DNA of 64,000 bases from Eledone cirrhosa. Its lineage: Eukaryota. Both the position numbers and the translations under genes were made by a program. Location: positions 379,316,001 through 379,380,000 of the forward strand of contig OZ024740.1 of the NCBI GenBank assembly GCA_964016885.1. Reading direction: 5' to 3'. Positions 15,422-29,166 of this stretch are shown here, one piece after another. Below the pieces are notes generated by a model that was given only the letters and a program-made list of their open reading frames with translations, did not search any database and had not been told where the DNA came from. How positions within the stretch are numbered: position 1 is the first letter of the stretch; every line of letters begins with the position of its first letter.

Positions 15422-16024
15422 TTACACTTGAAGTCAATAACTAAAATGTTTCCTCATTCTTAGAATACTTTGCTATGTAAATAGAAATGTTAACTCGAAA
15501 TGGCCTGGTTTGTTCCACTAACCTTTCTAGATTGCAAAGCAAATACCATTATTCATTAATAAGATAATAGTAAAATTTATTGATTCATTGACAAATCGTG
15601 AGCCAAGAATGAATACTGATAAGCATAAAATTGTTTAAGAGAGAAGTCTAATGCTTGAGAAGTTACCATACATTTCTTGACAGAATTAAAACTAATTCAA
15701 TTAAATTCCAGCAAATCTTTTTGTTGTACTATTTAATAGAAGCCCATATTATTGTGGTCGTTCGTTTTCTATGATACATTAAACTTTAATTTGATGGTTA
15801 AACTAAGGGAACAGATATCACTACGATATTTGTTCTCCTTAGTTCTCATTTGTTCTCCTTAGCCAATTTACGTCATTTTCAGCTGTCAGGATCTCCGTTT
15901 TCCTATTTCATTCTTAGCGAGCAGATTTGTATTACTCAATCAACAACATAATACTTGTTATAATATAACTCAATAGCTATTTCCTATTTACGCTTTTCAT
16001 TTGAAAAGGTTATGTCTCATCATT

Positions 16025-18483
16025 TGGGCGAGCGCCCATTCCAAACGTGCCAAGGGACGCCACACACCCCACCCTCAGGTACCCCCTATCCCCCACCCAA
16101 GGGCCATCTCCAAGCGTTTATGTGACCAGGTAAACGCAAAGCTTATCATGGGTGATGTCTCGGCCGCAGTCAGAGTTGTTGCTTCAGAGGACACTGTCCT
16201 CCAACCCACCGAGGAGATCCTAGCTGCTCTGCGGTTCAAACACCCTGAGCCACCCACTGATCTCAGACCCATACACCCACCCGACCCCCACCTGCTCCTT
16301 GTGGCTACTGATGCAGATATCATGTCCGCCATCAGGTCCTTCCCAGCTAGCAGCTGCGGAGGTGTTGATGGTCTCCGACCAGGCCACCTCAAGGAGTTGA
16401 CATCCCCTCTCCGCTGAGGCCGGGTGCCGCCTTCTGAGTGCAATTGTGGCGCTCACCAATAGGGTCATTCATGGTGCCCTCAACCCTTACGCCCGAGGCC
16501 TCTTTTTTTCGGCCAGCCTCACCGCTCTCAGGAAGAAAGAGGGTTGCATACGCCCCATTGCTGTGGGCAATGTCTTCCGGAGGCTGGCTTGGCAGGTGAT
16601 CTGCAAGTCCGTCACACACGAACTGGGTGAGGAGTTTAGTCCGGTGCAACTGGGTGTCCGCGTGTCCGGTGGCTGTGAGGGAGCCTCTCATGCAATCAGG
16701 CAGTTCTTCAGCAGCTGCCCATCGGTACCGGCATCCAGGGACTCCAGGCACCTCATTGTCATGCTTGACATGAGGAATGCCTTTAACTCTTTACGCCGAG
16801 ATCATCTGCTCGAGGCCTGCCTCAGCCGACCCCCCCTCTGCCTACCCGCTGGCCTACCTGTCATATGGAGCCCCGAGCATGCTCCTAGCTGCTGATACGG
16901 TCATACCCTCGGCTACTGGGCGGGCCCGTACGGACGGTCTGCCTAGACCTTCAATCGGTGATTCCTGCCCTGGCGGGAATCGGCCTCCAGGTCGACTCGG
17001 CCAAGTTGGAGGTGGTGAACGTCAGCCACAATTCTGCGAGCTTTGTAGCCTCTGTCTTGGATGTGCGGTCCATTCTCCACCCAGGTTCAGGTTACCCCCA
17101 AAGAGGATGTCCTCATCCTCGGGTCACCGATCCACCCGCCGGCCATCCGCTCCACCATCAGGTCCAGGCTTCAACAGCTCCAAACTCTCACGAGCCGACT
17201 GGGCTTGATTGACAGCCACCCAGCTCTCTTTCTGCTGAGGAACTGCTTTGCCATGCCGAAGCTCCTCTATACACTCCGCAGCGCTCCATGCTACACCCAG
17301 ACATCTCTCCTCGCTGACATCGATACTTGTATCCGAGCATCAGCCAAGGGGATATGCAACGTCAAGTTTGACGACATAGGGTGGCAACAGGCCACTTTAC
17401 CGGTCAGGTATGGCGGCCTAGGCCTCTGATCCCCGATCTCACTAGCTTTGCCGGCGTATCTTTCGTCGGTAACCTCGTGCCGCGTCCTCGTCAACAGGGT
17501 TCTTCAAAACACAACAGAACCCTCTGTGTTCAGAGAACGTGAGGCCGCCTGTGAGACGTGGGACCGGCTGGGATTTAGCCCAGTAGACGTCCCTCCTCCT
17601 TCTTCCCCTGTTGACGTCAAGTCCCCCCAACGCACTTGGGATGCCATCCAGGGCAGTCTGGCCTCAGACAGGCTCACGCGCCAGCTCGACCAGCACCGCC
17701 TTGCTTGTTTTCGTGCGGCCTCCAAACTCCACAGTGGTGCCTGGCTCCATGCTCTGCCCTCCTTCTCCACTGGCACGCAGCTAGACAACCATAGCCTGCG
17801 AATCGGCGTTTCCCTGATGCTCGGCCTCCGGATCTGCCAGCCACACCAATGTCGCTGCGGTTCCACCGTGGACTCTTTCGGCCTCCACCCGCTTTCCTGT
17901 CGCCACAGTGCCGGCCGCATTCCACGCCATACTGCCCTCAACGAGGTCATTGAGCATGGCTTCGACGCTGCAGGCTTCCCTTCCCAGCTCGAGTCGGTAG
18001 AGCTGGATCGAGGGGACGGCAAAAGGCCAGATGGCATGACCATCTTCCCGTTCCGCGGTGGCAAACCCCTCGTCTGGGATGCCACTTGCACCGACACTTT
18101 CTGCAGCCGCAACCTGGTGCAGTCTGCGACTGACCCAGGTTCTGCTGCACGTCGGGCTGAGGGGGGCAAACTCCTCAAATACCGGTCGCTCTCCGACAGG
18201 TTTGCGGTCGTTCCCCTGGCAGTGGAACCGTCTTGTGTCCTCGGCTCCAGGGCTACCTCCTTACTCACCACCATAGACGCTGAGCTGACCAGCCGCAGGT
18301 GTGATCCCCGCGAGTTGGAGTGGCTTTTCCATCGCGTCTCCCTTGCCGTCCTCCGTGGAAACGCCTTCTCCATTCTGTCCGCCGGGGCTGTGGGTGGGCC
18401 CCATCGCGAACCAATACATTAGTTAAATACCATTCTTTCATCGTTACAATGATATAAATATTAATCGAAAAAAAAAAAAAAAA
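16025..18483 (+). mobile_element. 5'-truncated, disrupted CRE-like non-LTR retrotransposon (RT + zinc knuckle + restriction-like endonuclease)
   Basis: GC-rich island. RT motifs GVDGLRP, IRPIAVG, LDMRNAFNSL; CRCG..VD..GLHPLSC...RH knuckle; RPDG...WDAT...K..KY RLE. Frameshifts, stops and an apparent deletion over the catalytic DD region. Poly(A) at 18468-18483. Confidence 0.9.
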
Positions 18484-19221
18484 GTGAAACCTTATTCTAA
18501 TGTAGTTAGGCCAGGAAATTGTAATTAATTAAAATTGTTCCGTTATCTAAATGATTAATTGCTCTAATAAAAGGTAAGGAAGGCAACCTCAAAATGGGAA
18601 TTGATTAAAATAAAATAAATTATATTTAATTATATTACTATGGAGAGCATCGATCTTCAGCAGTAAGTCTCTAGACTTGTTTGATCTTATCAAGCCTCGT
18701 CAGTAAAGCCTAGTCAAACCGTGACTACTAGATCTCAGAGCAGCTCGAGGGATAGAGGTGTCTCGTGGTTGAACATTTTAATGATCTAGATGTCGCTGTT
18801 ACTTTGCAATAAATGTTAATACATTACCTCTGCTCTCTGTGTGTAAAATTGTGTTTTTTTATACCACTAGTTATATTTTTTCCCCTAACATTGAGATTCT
18901 ATTATAGTCACATTTGATTTTTACTTCTACCTCACCCGTCTCATTTTCTTATTCTTTTAATGTCATTGTCCACTTCCATTTAAATTCTCATAATATTCTC
19001 ATCTTCAAAGAACCACTGAAAACTATCTTGTAATTTATCAAATTGACTGTTAGTATGAGCCAGCTTCATACTCCTTTTATTATACAATTTCAGTCTGCAG
19101 GCCATGAAACTAGATCTGAATTAGCAATTAAGCTATGATTGTTCAATCCGATTTAATGTTATTTAATGAAACGAAATGTAAAATAATTTAAATTCTAATG
19201 TTATTGATTGTATTTTTTCAG

Positions 19222-19482
19222 GAAGCCGTCCACTTCAAAGTAAAGGTACAGTGGTTTCTGTAAACCGTGTCCAAGAACTAAAATCAAATCAATGGGGTTA
19301 CGAAATAACCAGTGTAGAAGAAAAGAAAGTGACTATGCGAGTGAGTTCTGCATCTGATAGTATTGTTGGTAGATACCAATTTTTTGTGGATACAAGTCGT
19401 CGAAACCAGCAAAGTGAGCTTGATAGCTATCGTTTTAAAAACCCGGATGACATTTACATTCTTTTCAACCCATGGTGTTCAG
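19222..19482 (+). CDS. Transglutaminase exon
   Basis: tttttcAG acceptor, GTAGA donor. (G)SRPLQSKGT...SIVGRYQFFVDT...IYILFNPWCS contains the TGase 'VGRY' and 'ILFNPWC' motifs. Confidence 0.95.
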
Positions 19483-19850
19483 GTAGATTATTTTAATTCA
19501 AATGTTTATAAGATATGAATATCGTTATTTTGTGAGCATCACACGCATGTTTGTGTGTGTGTTTTGTAATTATATATTTATTAATGTGTGTTTAGATATT
19601 GGAAATAACTATGAATATACAACTGTGCGTAATTTTACAAACGCATATAAGGAATTTTAATGAGAGAAAGAAAGATACTTTCACAAAACAAAATAGACAA
19701 AAGAATGTATCGGCATTAGTATAAACTAAAAAAAATAATTTGAAATTATTTAGAAAGTATATAATTTAATAGAATATGTTGTTACTCTTGAATAAGAACT
19801 CAACACAGTACAGACCCTTCTCATCATCATATATATATATAAATATATGT

Positions 19851-19931
<81 letters not shown>

Positions 19932-19980
19932 GTTGTGTGTGTGTGTGGTCTCAGCCGGATGGCTGGAACGAGTAAAAGAG

Positions 19981-20018
<38 letters not shown>

Positions 20019-20019
<1 letters not shown>

Positions 20020-20587
20020 TGGAAAAGAATGAAACGAAATTTCATTTCTCACTCTTAGTACGGCTGGTACTTAAATGTAAGTAAGTAGTATACGTACATA
20101 CATATATGTATACAGACGTACAGTAGTATGTATATATATACATACATGCACACATATATATATGTACGTATGGGTTTACCGAACATTTATTATAATGCTC
20201 GGTTTGTTTGTAAACAAACAGCCCGAACTACGCCGTACAGTGTTCAGGCAACCACGTCACCTTTTTGTTCAACACTGACACAGGAACGATGTACTAGTTT
20301 CAAGCTTATTACCTATCGCCGGCATCGTATACCTTTCTGTCAGATGGTTGAACGTCTGAAAGTATATACTTTCCTTATGCATATTAACGGCTGAGCAACC
20401 TAATTTGCATATCGAGTGAGTTAGTCGGCCGGGCGCACCGAAAACGTTAAATGGAAAAGAATGAAACGAAACTTCATTTCTCACTCTTAGTACGGCTGGT
20501 ACTTAAATGTAAGTATGTATTTATACAGACGTACAGTAGTATGTATATATATACATACATGCACACATATATATATGTACGTATGGG

Positions 20588-20590
<3 letters not shown>
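20019..20590. repeat. Partial-tandem element with ~150-bp terminal direct repeats in (TA)n
   Basis: 20019-20177 is repeated at 20451-20590 (432-bp period), with a unique core between. Confidence 0.88.
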
Positions 20591-20634
<44 letters not shown>

Positions 20635-20932
20635 AATTTGTTTTGATATGGAAAAATATGAGTATTGACGTCAATACTCATCCTTTTACAGTTCTTAGAG
20701 GGCTCTGAACACCAGTATCAGGCTAAAGTTTCTTCAGTCAAATATACGGCGAAAGCTTCTATTTCTATTTTCAAACTTGCTCGCTGTTTCAAAACAAACT
20801 TACTTGTCATTATATTTGCTTAGAATGTAGCTTCTAATTCAAATGGAATGAGATGGGTGATGAGTTGGTGTAATGGTAGCACAGTGGTCTATATATATAT
20901 ATATACATATGTATGTATGTATGTATGTATGT

Positions 20933-21010
<78 letters not shown>

Positions 21011-21031
21011 CTGTTTCAAAACTTTTCTCAG

Positions 21032-21081
21032 TGCACCTGATGATTTAGACGTGTTTTCGTCTTGAAACCGCCGGTAGTGCA
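21032..21081 (+). ncRNA. Type I hammerhead ribozyme
   Basis: TGCAC-CTGATGA-tttAGACG tgtttt CGTCTt-GAAA-CCgccGG-TA-GTGCA: stem I TGCAC/GTGCA, canonical cores, GUA site. Confidence 0.8.
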
Positions 21082-21208
<127 letters not shown>

Positions 21209-21346
21209 ATAAAATGAAAGAGGAAAAAGAGAAAGATACATTAATATCCATTATTAATGTATGTAAACACATAATTATCATCTGCTCATATTCTGATAGT
21301 TTTAGAATATCTGTTAGAATAATATTAAACGTTTTACATTTCCCAG

Positions 21347-21465
21347 CTGATAATGTTTATATGGAAGATGAGGATGAACGTCAACATCACTGTCTTAGTG
21401 AAACCGGACGTATATGGCTGGGGACAGTCGGAAAATTTTGTGTAAGGCCTTGGAACTTTGCACAG
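21347..21465 (+). CDS. Transglutaminase exon
   Basis: cccAG / GTATT junctions. (A)DNVYMEDEDERQHHCLSETGRIWLGTVGKFCVRPWNFAQ matches TGase 'D.VY....ER...L...G.I..G....RPWNFGQ'. Confidence 0.95.
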
Positions 21466-21995
21466 GTATTTTAACATTGTTATATCTTTTCTTTTCTTTC
21501 AATATTTTTCCTTTGTGATTTTCCTCTTCAGGGGTTATATATATTTATTGCAATCACTGAAAATTGCTGGTAAAGTTCCTACAAGTTGAGCCTATGATGC
21601 ATTTAATTTCATGTTAAGCAATTTTACTTTGTATCATAGTGATTTGATATTTTCTTGTGGACGTATGTATGTCTTATCTGCTTCAATTTAGCACGGAAAC
21701 TACAACTGAGCACCCACAAAACCCTCTATATTAATATTCCCTAACTCATACCAATGTGCTTCTTCAGATGTTCTTTTCCTTTTACACAGCGCAAAATCGT
21801 AAACAGATGGTTTTTATGAATATTTTACAAACCATTCTTTCTTCAAACGATCTACTTTGCTTATTGACATATCTACACACATTGCATACATATCAACACA
21901 CATATATGCACAACTACACAGACACACAATAACAGACACATACACATATACACACAAACACAGACAAAGACACAGACACAGTCACAGACACACAG

Positions 21996-22027
<32 letters not shown>

Positions 22028-23411
22028 GTGTATATGTATGTATGTCTGTGTATGGAGCCTAAGATCCGCTAAGGTGAAACAATTGTTCTCGGTGTGGTGA
22101 ACTAACTGTTGTGTTACTACTTCTACCAAACTCGTCCCATGGACTGAGTGCTCTACCTCTACGGATATTACCTTCCAGTGTTCTACGTCTATATGTATAT
22201 ATATATATATAAGCAAGATGTATGGTAGGTCGTATGTGAATCGCGATGATCACGTCTGACCTACCAAATATGCGACGGTAGCTAGTTAAGCTCTATGTTA
22301 ATCCTGTATCAATAATTTTATAGTAATTTTTTAATCCTGTATCAATAGTTTTGTGATAATTTTGTAATAATTTTATAATAATTTTATAATAATTTTGTGA
22401 TAATTTTATAATAATTTTTTGATAGTACATTATTAGATTACTGAAGCTACCTTATACCTTCTTAAAAATACATTTTATAATTATTGTCTTTTTGCTCATG
22501 TATTTTCTTACTTATAATTTTCTTTAATCTTGCCCAACTTGATAAGCTCTTTGAATTGCTCCCTAATTAAATTACTTAAATTACTTAAATTATTTTATCT
22601 ATTATACCTAAGTTGTATCTGTTGAAGCAGCCCTTTGAAAATTCCTCGGATATCCCAAATACCGTAATTTTTAACTTTTAATTTATAATTTTCCTCAATT
22701 CGTTTATATATATCCTTAAAGGCTCTCTAAAATTTTAATTCTTCGAAGGGTCTCTCGGAGGAGGTTCCTGTTAAAAATATTAAAGGGGCCTTTTCTGAGG
22801 GGTTTATTGAAGGCTTTTTGAATTAACCTTTAATTGATTAGTTTCTTTCAACTTAGTAGAGATTATCAAAACTTCGTAAATTTTCTTAAATTTTTTAACG
22901 AGATCTCTGGGAAGAAAGTTTTTTTCTTTCGAAAGAATTTTTTTTCTCTCGAGGGAACTTCTTGGGAAACTTTATACTTTTTTAGGGAAACTTTATATCT
23001 TTATTTTTTTATTTTATTTTATTTTATTTTATTTTATTTTATTTTATTTTATTTTATTAGTCTCTTAATCTCTTCTAGTTTGTTAAGTTTATTGGGGCTT
23101 GTAAGCTTTATGCACTTATTGAGGGATTTTTTAAGGTGCTTCTACGAGATCCCAAGTCTTTTACTTTTACTGCGTAAATTATAAATTATTTAATTTTTAA
23201 CCTTCAATCCCTGACTCTCAGGCCATTTTCAAATTCTCTTAACTCCCCATAACCCATCCCTTTTACAATTCCGACAACTAATATAAAAGAGCCCCCTTAG
23301 AATATAGACCCCAAATATACAAGCGGAGCTGCTGATGTATACCACAATTTCAAACTGCTAGTCTTAAGTGATACGTTGGTGTAAATAATGAACTTACAAT
23401 CACATGTTATA

Positions 23412-23458
23412 TGCCTTGAAAAGTCCCACCATATGGTCGGACGAAACGGCTGTCGGCA
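23412..23458 (+). ncRNA. Type I hammerhead ribozyme, U3-A8 variant
   Basis: TGCC-TTGAAAA-GTCC caccatatggtc GGAC-GAAA-CggctG-TC-GGCA, directly followed by AATAAA. Confidence 0.75.
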
Positions 23459-23502
23459 ATAAACTTGTTATAAAGTCATAATAGTTCCTTTGTTCTTTTT
23501 CA

Positions 23503-23576
<74 letters not shown>

Positions 23577-23605
23577 AAAGAATAGAGGTGTAACACACAA
23601 GTTAT

Positions 23606-23719
23606 TATATATTGGTAAACGGAATAGAAAATGCTGACAAATTGTTCACAGTTGAAAAATGGTTTAATTAAACCATTTTTCAACTGTGAACAATTTGTCA
23701 GCATTTTCTATTCCGTTTA

Positions 23720-23729
<10 letters not shown>
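23606..23729. repeat. Perfect 124-bp palindrome in (TA)n
   Basis: Centre GGTTTAA|TTAAACC at 23667/8, no loop; unpaired tail 23572-23605. Confidence 0.95.
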
Positions 23730-23771
<42 letters not shown>

Positions 23772-23836
23772 TATATGTATATAGTGAAATAATATAACAA
23801 GGACGATTGGTTATTCCTTCATTACGTTTATTGGTT

Positions 23837-23922
23837 GGTGACGCGCATTTCGCCACTGATCAGCTAATGGTTCGATATGTATCGATCTGACCCGACTCTG
23901 TAAGCCGCGGCTCGTCAGAACC
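23837..23922 (-). ncRNA. Type I hammerhead ribozyme with long stem II
   Basis: Reverse complement GGTt-CTGACGA-GCC...GGC-GAAA-tgcgcg-TC-ACC then AATAAA. Same family as 62521. Confidence 0.7.
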
Positions 23923-24298
23923 CTTGTAAGGGTAATGGAAAAATGAATATACATGCCGTATGATAAAGTCAGATGTTACTATGGTGGTCAGTAAAGTTTG
24001 TTTTGATTGGTGGATTAATTCATAGGGATATTTTTGCCTGTAGTGTATGTGCGGTGGGTGGTGTGGTGATAAGTTGGTGGTGCCGGTCGTAGGCTGAAGT
24101 GGGTGGCGGCGTGGGGGTGCTGTTTGTCGGTAGATATTTGGCATGTCGATGTGACTGATTTTTATGTGTGGTGTGGGTGTGGTGTTGTTGTTTATGACAA
24201 GGATGTAAGGTTGCGGTGTTTATGCTGAAGTGTTAACTCAACATCGAGTGCTCACCGGGTGAACCTACAGTAACTCCAAGTTACTGTGTGTGTTTGTG

Positions 24299-24361
<63 letters not shown>

Positions 24362-24464
24362 TTACACATACACCAATTAAACAAAGTCACAGGTATATAT
24401 GTGTTTTTGCAACTTTTCACGATGTGGCTCAATGGAGAATTAATAAATTAATCAGAGCGAAATA

Positions 24465-25103
<639 letters not shown>

Positions 25104-25839
25104 ATATGTGTGCTTGTATATATATATATATATATATAATGGAAAAATTTGAACAGGGACAAAACAGAGAGGCAGTACAACGAATGTTTATTAATTTCAC
25201 GCTATATATATATATAAGGGCGGGGAGCTTTAATACCGAAAAATATTGAACACCATACTTACTACTTACTACCGAATCGTAAAAAAATGTAGAAAAATGA
25301 GAACATCTGAAAATATTCAACAGAATAAATAATAAAATATAAGTTCTTAAAATAAATTTATTTATATTTTGTAAATGAAATGTAAATAAATGACGATAGA
25401 CAATTTTGAAGAGGTAATTGTAGATGTAAATTTCTTTCTTTAAATACTCTCAAACAACCGAGCTGAATACGAAATTATTGACACGTTTAGAATCTTGAAG
25501 CATGTGACCTTGCTTATCTCATTTCTTCTCCACTTAGTCTCGGCATTCGGAATTCTAATCGATTCGATAAATTCACATTCGGTTTGTTTGTACTAGAAAA
25601 TTGAAAGTGCTAAAATATCAGAGGTAATCACACCTTAATAAATTTACATTTACAATTACCCTGTCGATATCCATTATCGACATTTGTTAGATTTAAAAAA
25701 AAAATGTAACTATGTTAGACAAAAAGCCCAATTTAAAACTATAAATAAATGTCTTTTAAGAAGGCTTTTTCTATTATATTTATGTAAAACACATATTTTC
25801 AGAGATTTACAGTCACAACTTCCATATGTTTTATTGTCA

Positions 25840-26351
25840 TCCTCATCATCATTGTTTTCTACGTGCGCTTGTCCATGCTTGCATGGGTTTGACGGGTCCT
25901 TCTCAGTACGGCATCGCTCCACATGTCGCGTTCCTTCGTCATCTTCTCTTCCAGTCTGAGCGATTTGAGGTCAGCTCTGACAACCTCTGCCCAGGTCTTC
26001 CTCCAGTGTGGCTTACTTTCACTAGGATTTCCTGGCATTTCTTCACCCATCGGTCATTGTGCATGGCATCACATGTCTTCTCTCCTGCACACCATCTCGG
26101 ATTCCCCTTAAACCCAGCTTCTGCCTCAGTTCATCCAAGCTCTCCCTTTCTCTCACATTTACATTGCACATCCGACGAAACATGGCTGCTTCATTCCTCT
26201 CCAGTCTACGCAAGTTCTCTTCAGTCAGCGCCCATGTTTCACTGCCATGCAGCATCGCGAATCGCACCCAGGCGTCATACATTCTTCCTTTTGTATGTAG
26301 AGAGAAGCCTTTTGTTGTCAGCAGTGGGAGTAGTTCTCTAAACTTCTTCAT
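25840..26351 (-). mobile_element. 3' fragment of an RTE-like LINE
   Basis: KKFRELLPLL...GRMYDAWVR.AMLHGSETW...RRLER.E..M.R.MC then 'RKTWAEVVRADL'; ends in a (TGA)n-like tail. Confidence 0.8.
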
Positions 26352-26771
26352 ACATTAATATTTTTTTAAAGTAAATATGTTTGTCAAATAAGAACTCCTG
26401 GATGCAAAAATTCATCCGGATCTTTATTGTTTATGGTTGCAAAAAATTAATTTCGATCCCTTTAAATATTGTGACGAACTATGTTTTCAGTCAGTCCATC
26501 TTCTCATTAATTCAGCACTGTTTTAAAGATGTGAGGCTTGCTTTATCTGTGTATGGTTGTTACAAAGAATATCACCGTTCTGTTTCAAATAATATATCTA
26601 CATATATGCCATGATACTTTTCGAAGAAATTGGTCATAAACTCTCATATGTCTGTTTCTCGGGCAACGCCGATTATCCTGCAAATATCTGCTATTTCCAG
26701 CTGTAATCATTATGCTTTGGATGACTTCACTAAATTCCAGCAGCCTATATTTTCTGTTATGGACTACATAA

Positions 26772-26861
<90 letters not shown>

Positions 26862-26968
26862 TGCTCTGGTCTACTTTTAGTCCATTGAGCGCTTGCCGCA
26901 TATCTCGAAGATTGCGTTTCGTTTTGTTTTTGGCCACCGCCGAAATACGATCTCGCTGAAATTATATT

Positions 26969-27021
<53 letters not shown>

Positions 27022-27059
27022 AATAGGATTTCGCTTCAAGCATAGCTTTATACAATATA

Positions 27060-27164
27060 TATAAATATTTCGTATCTCCAAAGAAATACGGTTTTAGGAA
27101 GCCGTAGCTATGCAAACACCGGGGAGCTAACGCCATATTTCTTTGGAGATACGAAATATTTATA
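27060..27164. repeat. 29-bp inverted repeats with a 47-nt loop in (TA)n
   Basis: TATAAATATTTCGTATCTCCAAAGAAATA and its exact reverse complement at 27136-27164. Confidence 0.9.
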
Positions 27165-27344
27165 CATATATATATATATTTATATCATTCAAAGGCTTGT
27201 CGCTGTTAATCATATAAATGCGTGCATGCAAGCATGTCTAGGTATGTGTGTAGTATTGAATGATAAGCATGATAAGTAAAATTACACACATACATATGCG
27301 TGTGCGTGTCTTGCTATTAAAAATGTTTTTCGTTATATTTTCAG

Positions 27345-27452
27345 TTTGATGACGTGTGCCTTATGGCAGCTCTTGCTCTAATGGACAAATCGGAACTCGG
27401 AGACCAAGCTAGAGGCTGCCCTATCCGTGTTGTCAGAGCACTTTGTCGAGCA
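27345..27452 (+). CDS. Transglutaminase exon
   Basis: ttttcAG / GTTTGT junctions, phase 0-0. FDDVCLMAALALMDKSELGDQARGCPIRVVRALCRA resembles TGase 'FE..IL...L.LLD.....RG.PV.V.RA'. Confidence 0.9.
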
Positions 27453-27904
27453 GTTTGTATCTTTTTACGACCTTATTTTAGACGGAAAAACATTTCTGAT
27501 TTTGTTTATGTATATCTGACTCTCGATTCTTTTACTTTACTCAAATGCAGAATCCTAATGGAAAGTCTACTGTGTAATAATGTAGTAAGATATAAATGTA
27601 TTTTGCCCATGAGATATCCTTCTACATCTTTGAATAGAGATGCTGTATCATCATGAATCAACTATACATTTTCGTCGTAAAATTATTCTGACGTCAATGC
27701 TATGCTGATAATAATTATGTACGCCCGTGTGAAGTTTTACACATTCATAAGCTGTGGAGTTTTTATTCATGATGCTTTACTCCTTGATCTATTGAAAATT
27801 TTTTCTTTCTTAATATTGTCTAATATATAGAATACATTATACCCCCGCTAGAAGGTATCAAAAGAATGTGGTGTATCCTTCTCAGAATATTTATATATAT
27901 ATAT

Positions 27905-27960
27905 ATAGAATAGAAAACGAAAATTCAGAGATGCATCTGATTTTTCGTTTTCTATTCTAT
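27905..27960. repeat. Fold-back with right-hand tail (27961-28033)
   Basis: ATAGAATAGAAAACGAAAATTCAGA / TCTGATTTTTCGTTTTCTATTCTAT. Confidence 0.88.
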
Positions 27961-28031
27961 CATACTCTGCTCTGTAAGAGCATAGAGTGGTCAACCGGCA
28001 TACCGCCTATGGAAGCATCTTAGCTACCATA

Positions 28032-28145
<114 letters not shown>

Positions 28146-28276
28146 AGAGGTTATATTTAATTTGTTGGGATACAACAAGCAAAATATTTTTATAACTGAT
28201 ATAAAGCACTCAACAAATTATTGGAGTAAATATACAATATATTAACAAATGGAAACTATATTTATAAAACCATATT

Positions 28277-28342
28277 TATTTCATTATACATATTTCAAGG
28301 GCCACCAAGGTAAACTATGGTGCGCTTTCATCAGATAAAATA
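28277..28342 (-). ncRNA. Type I hammerhead ribozyme
   Basis: Reverse complement TATTTTAT-CTGATGA-AAGcgCACCA..TGGTGgccCTT-GAAA-tatgta-TA-ATGAAATA; 8-bp stem I. Confidence 0.75.
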
Positions 28343-29097
28343 TAATATAGGTTAGTTTTATAAATAAATATTGACATACCCTTAAAAAATGCAACCATTC
28401 TGGTTGGAATCTCCTGGATAGTGGAGTTATTAGATTTATTATTGGTTTATTATGCAAATTAGTGTCGGAAAGGTTTAAATAACAGTATATTTAAATTAAG
28501 CCGTTGGAATAGGGAAAAAAAAGAAAGAAAGAGAAAAAGGAGAAAAAACGAAAGAAAGAAAGAGAAAAAACCTGACTATGTTTAAGTGAGAGAGAATAGC
28601 GTAATTACAAAAGAATATATAATTTTATTAATTATTAATTAATTATTTAAAAAAAATTTTGTAAGTTTAAAATATCCGAATATTTCTCAGCTCATGGAAT
28701 TTCCGAGAGTTTACAGAAGAATAATCCCTTATTTGTAATAGCAGTAGAGCGTAAAGGAAATCGCTAGCTATTTATTAATAATTTAGATAGCTCTAAGGAT
28801 TAAATGCTATAAAGTTAAGATGTTAAAAAATTAATTTTCCATTGTAATAATAATGTAATTAGAGTATGAATCTTATGTTACTTTATAACTCTACCTGTTA
28901 TATAGTTATGACTGTTAAAATCTAAATTTGTTTGCTATAACGTGTTAACATTTAAAAATTCATTCATAGGAATATTTCCAAAGTATAAACCATAAAAAAA
29001 AACTCTTTCATAAAATTTTATCTATAGAATATACTTAAAGTATAAATTTTATATATATATATATAAACATTTTGATATATATACATACACACACATG

Positions 29098-29166
<69 letters not shown>

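Noticed and set aside
17504-18373. 289-aa minus-strand ORF
   Set aside because: Antisense shadow of the GC-rich CRE frame, with no motifs.
18655-18710. Minus-strand CTGACGA followed by a stem
   Set aside because: Core 2 reads GAGA and stem I is unsupported; at best a relic.
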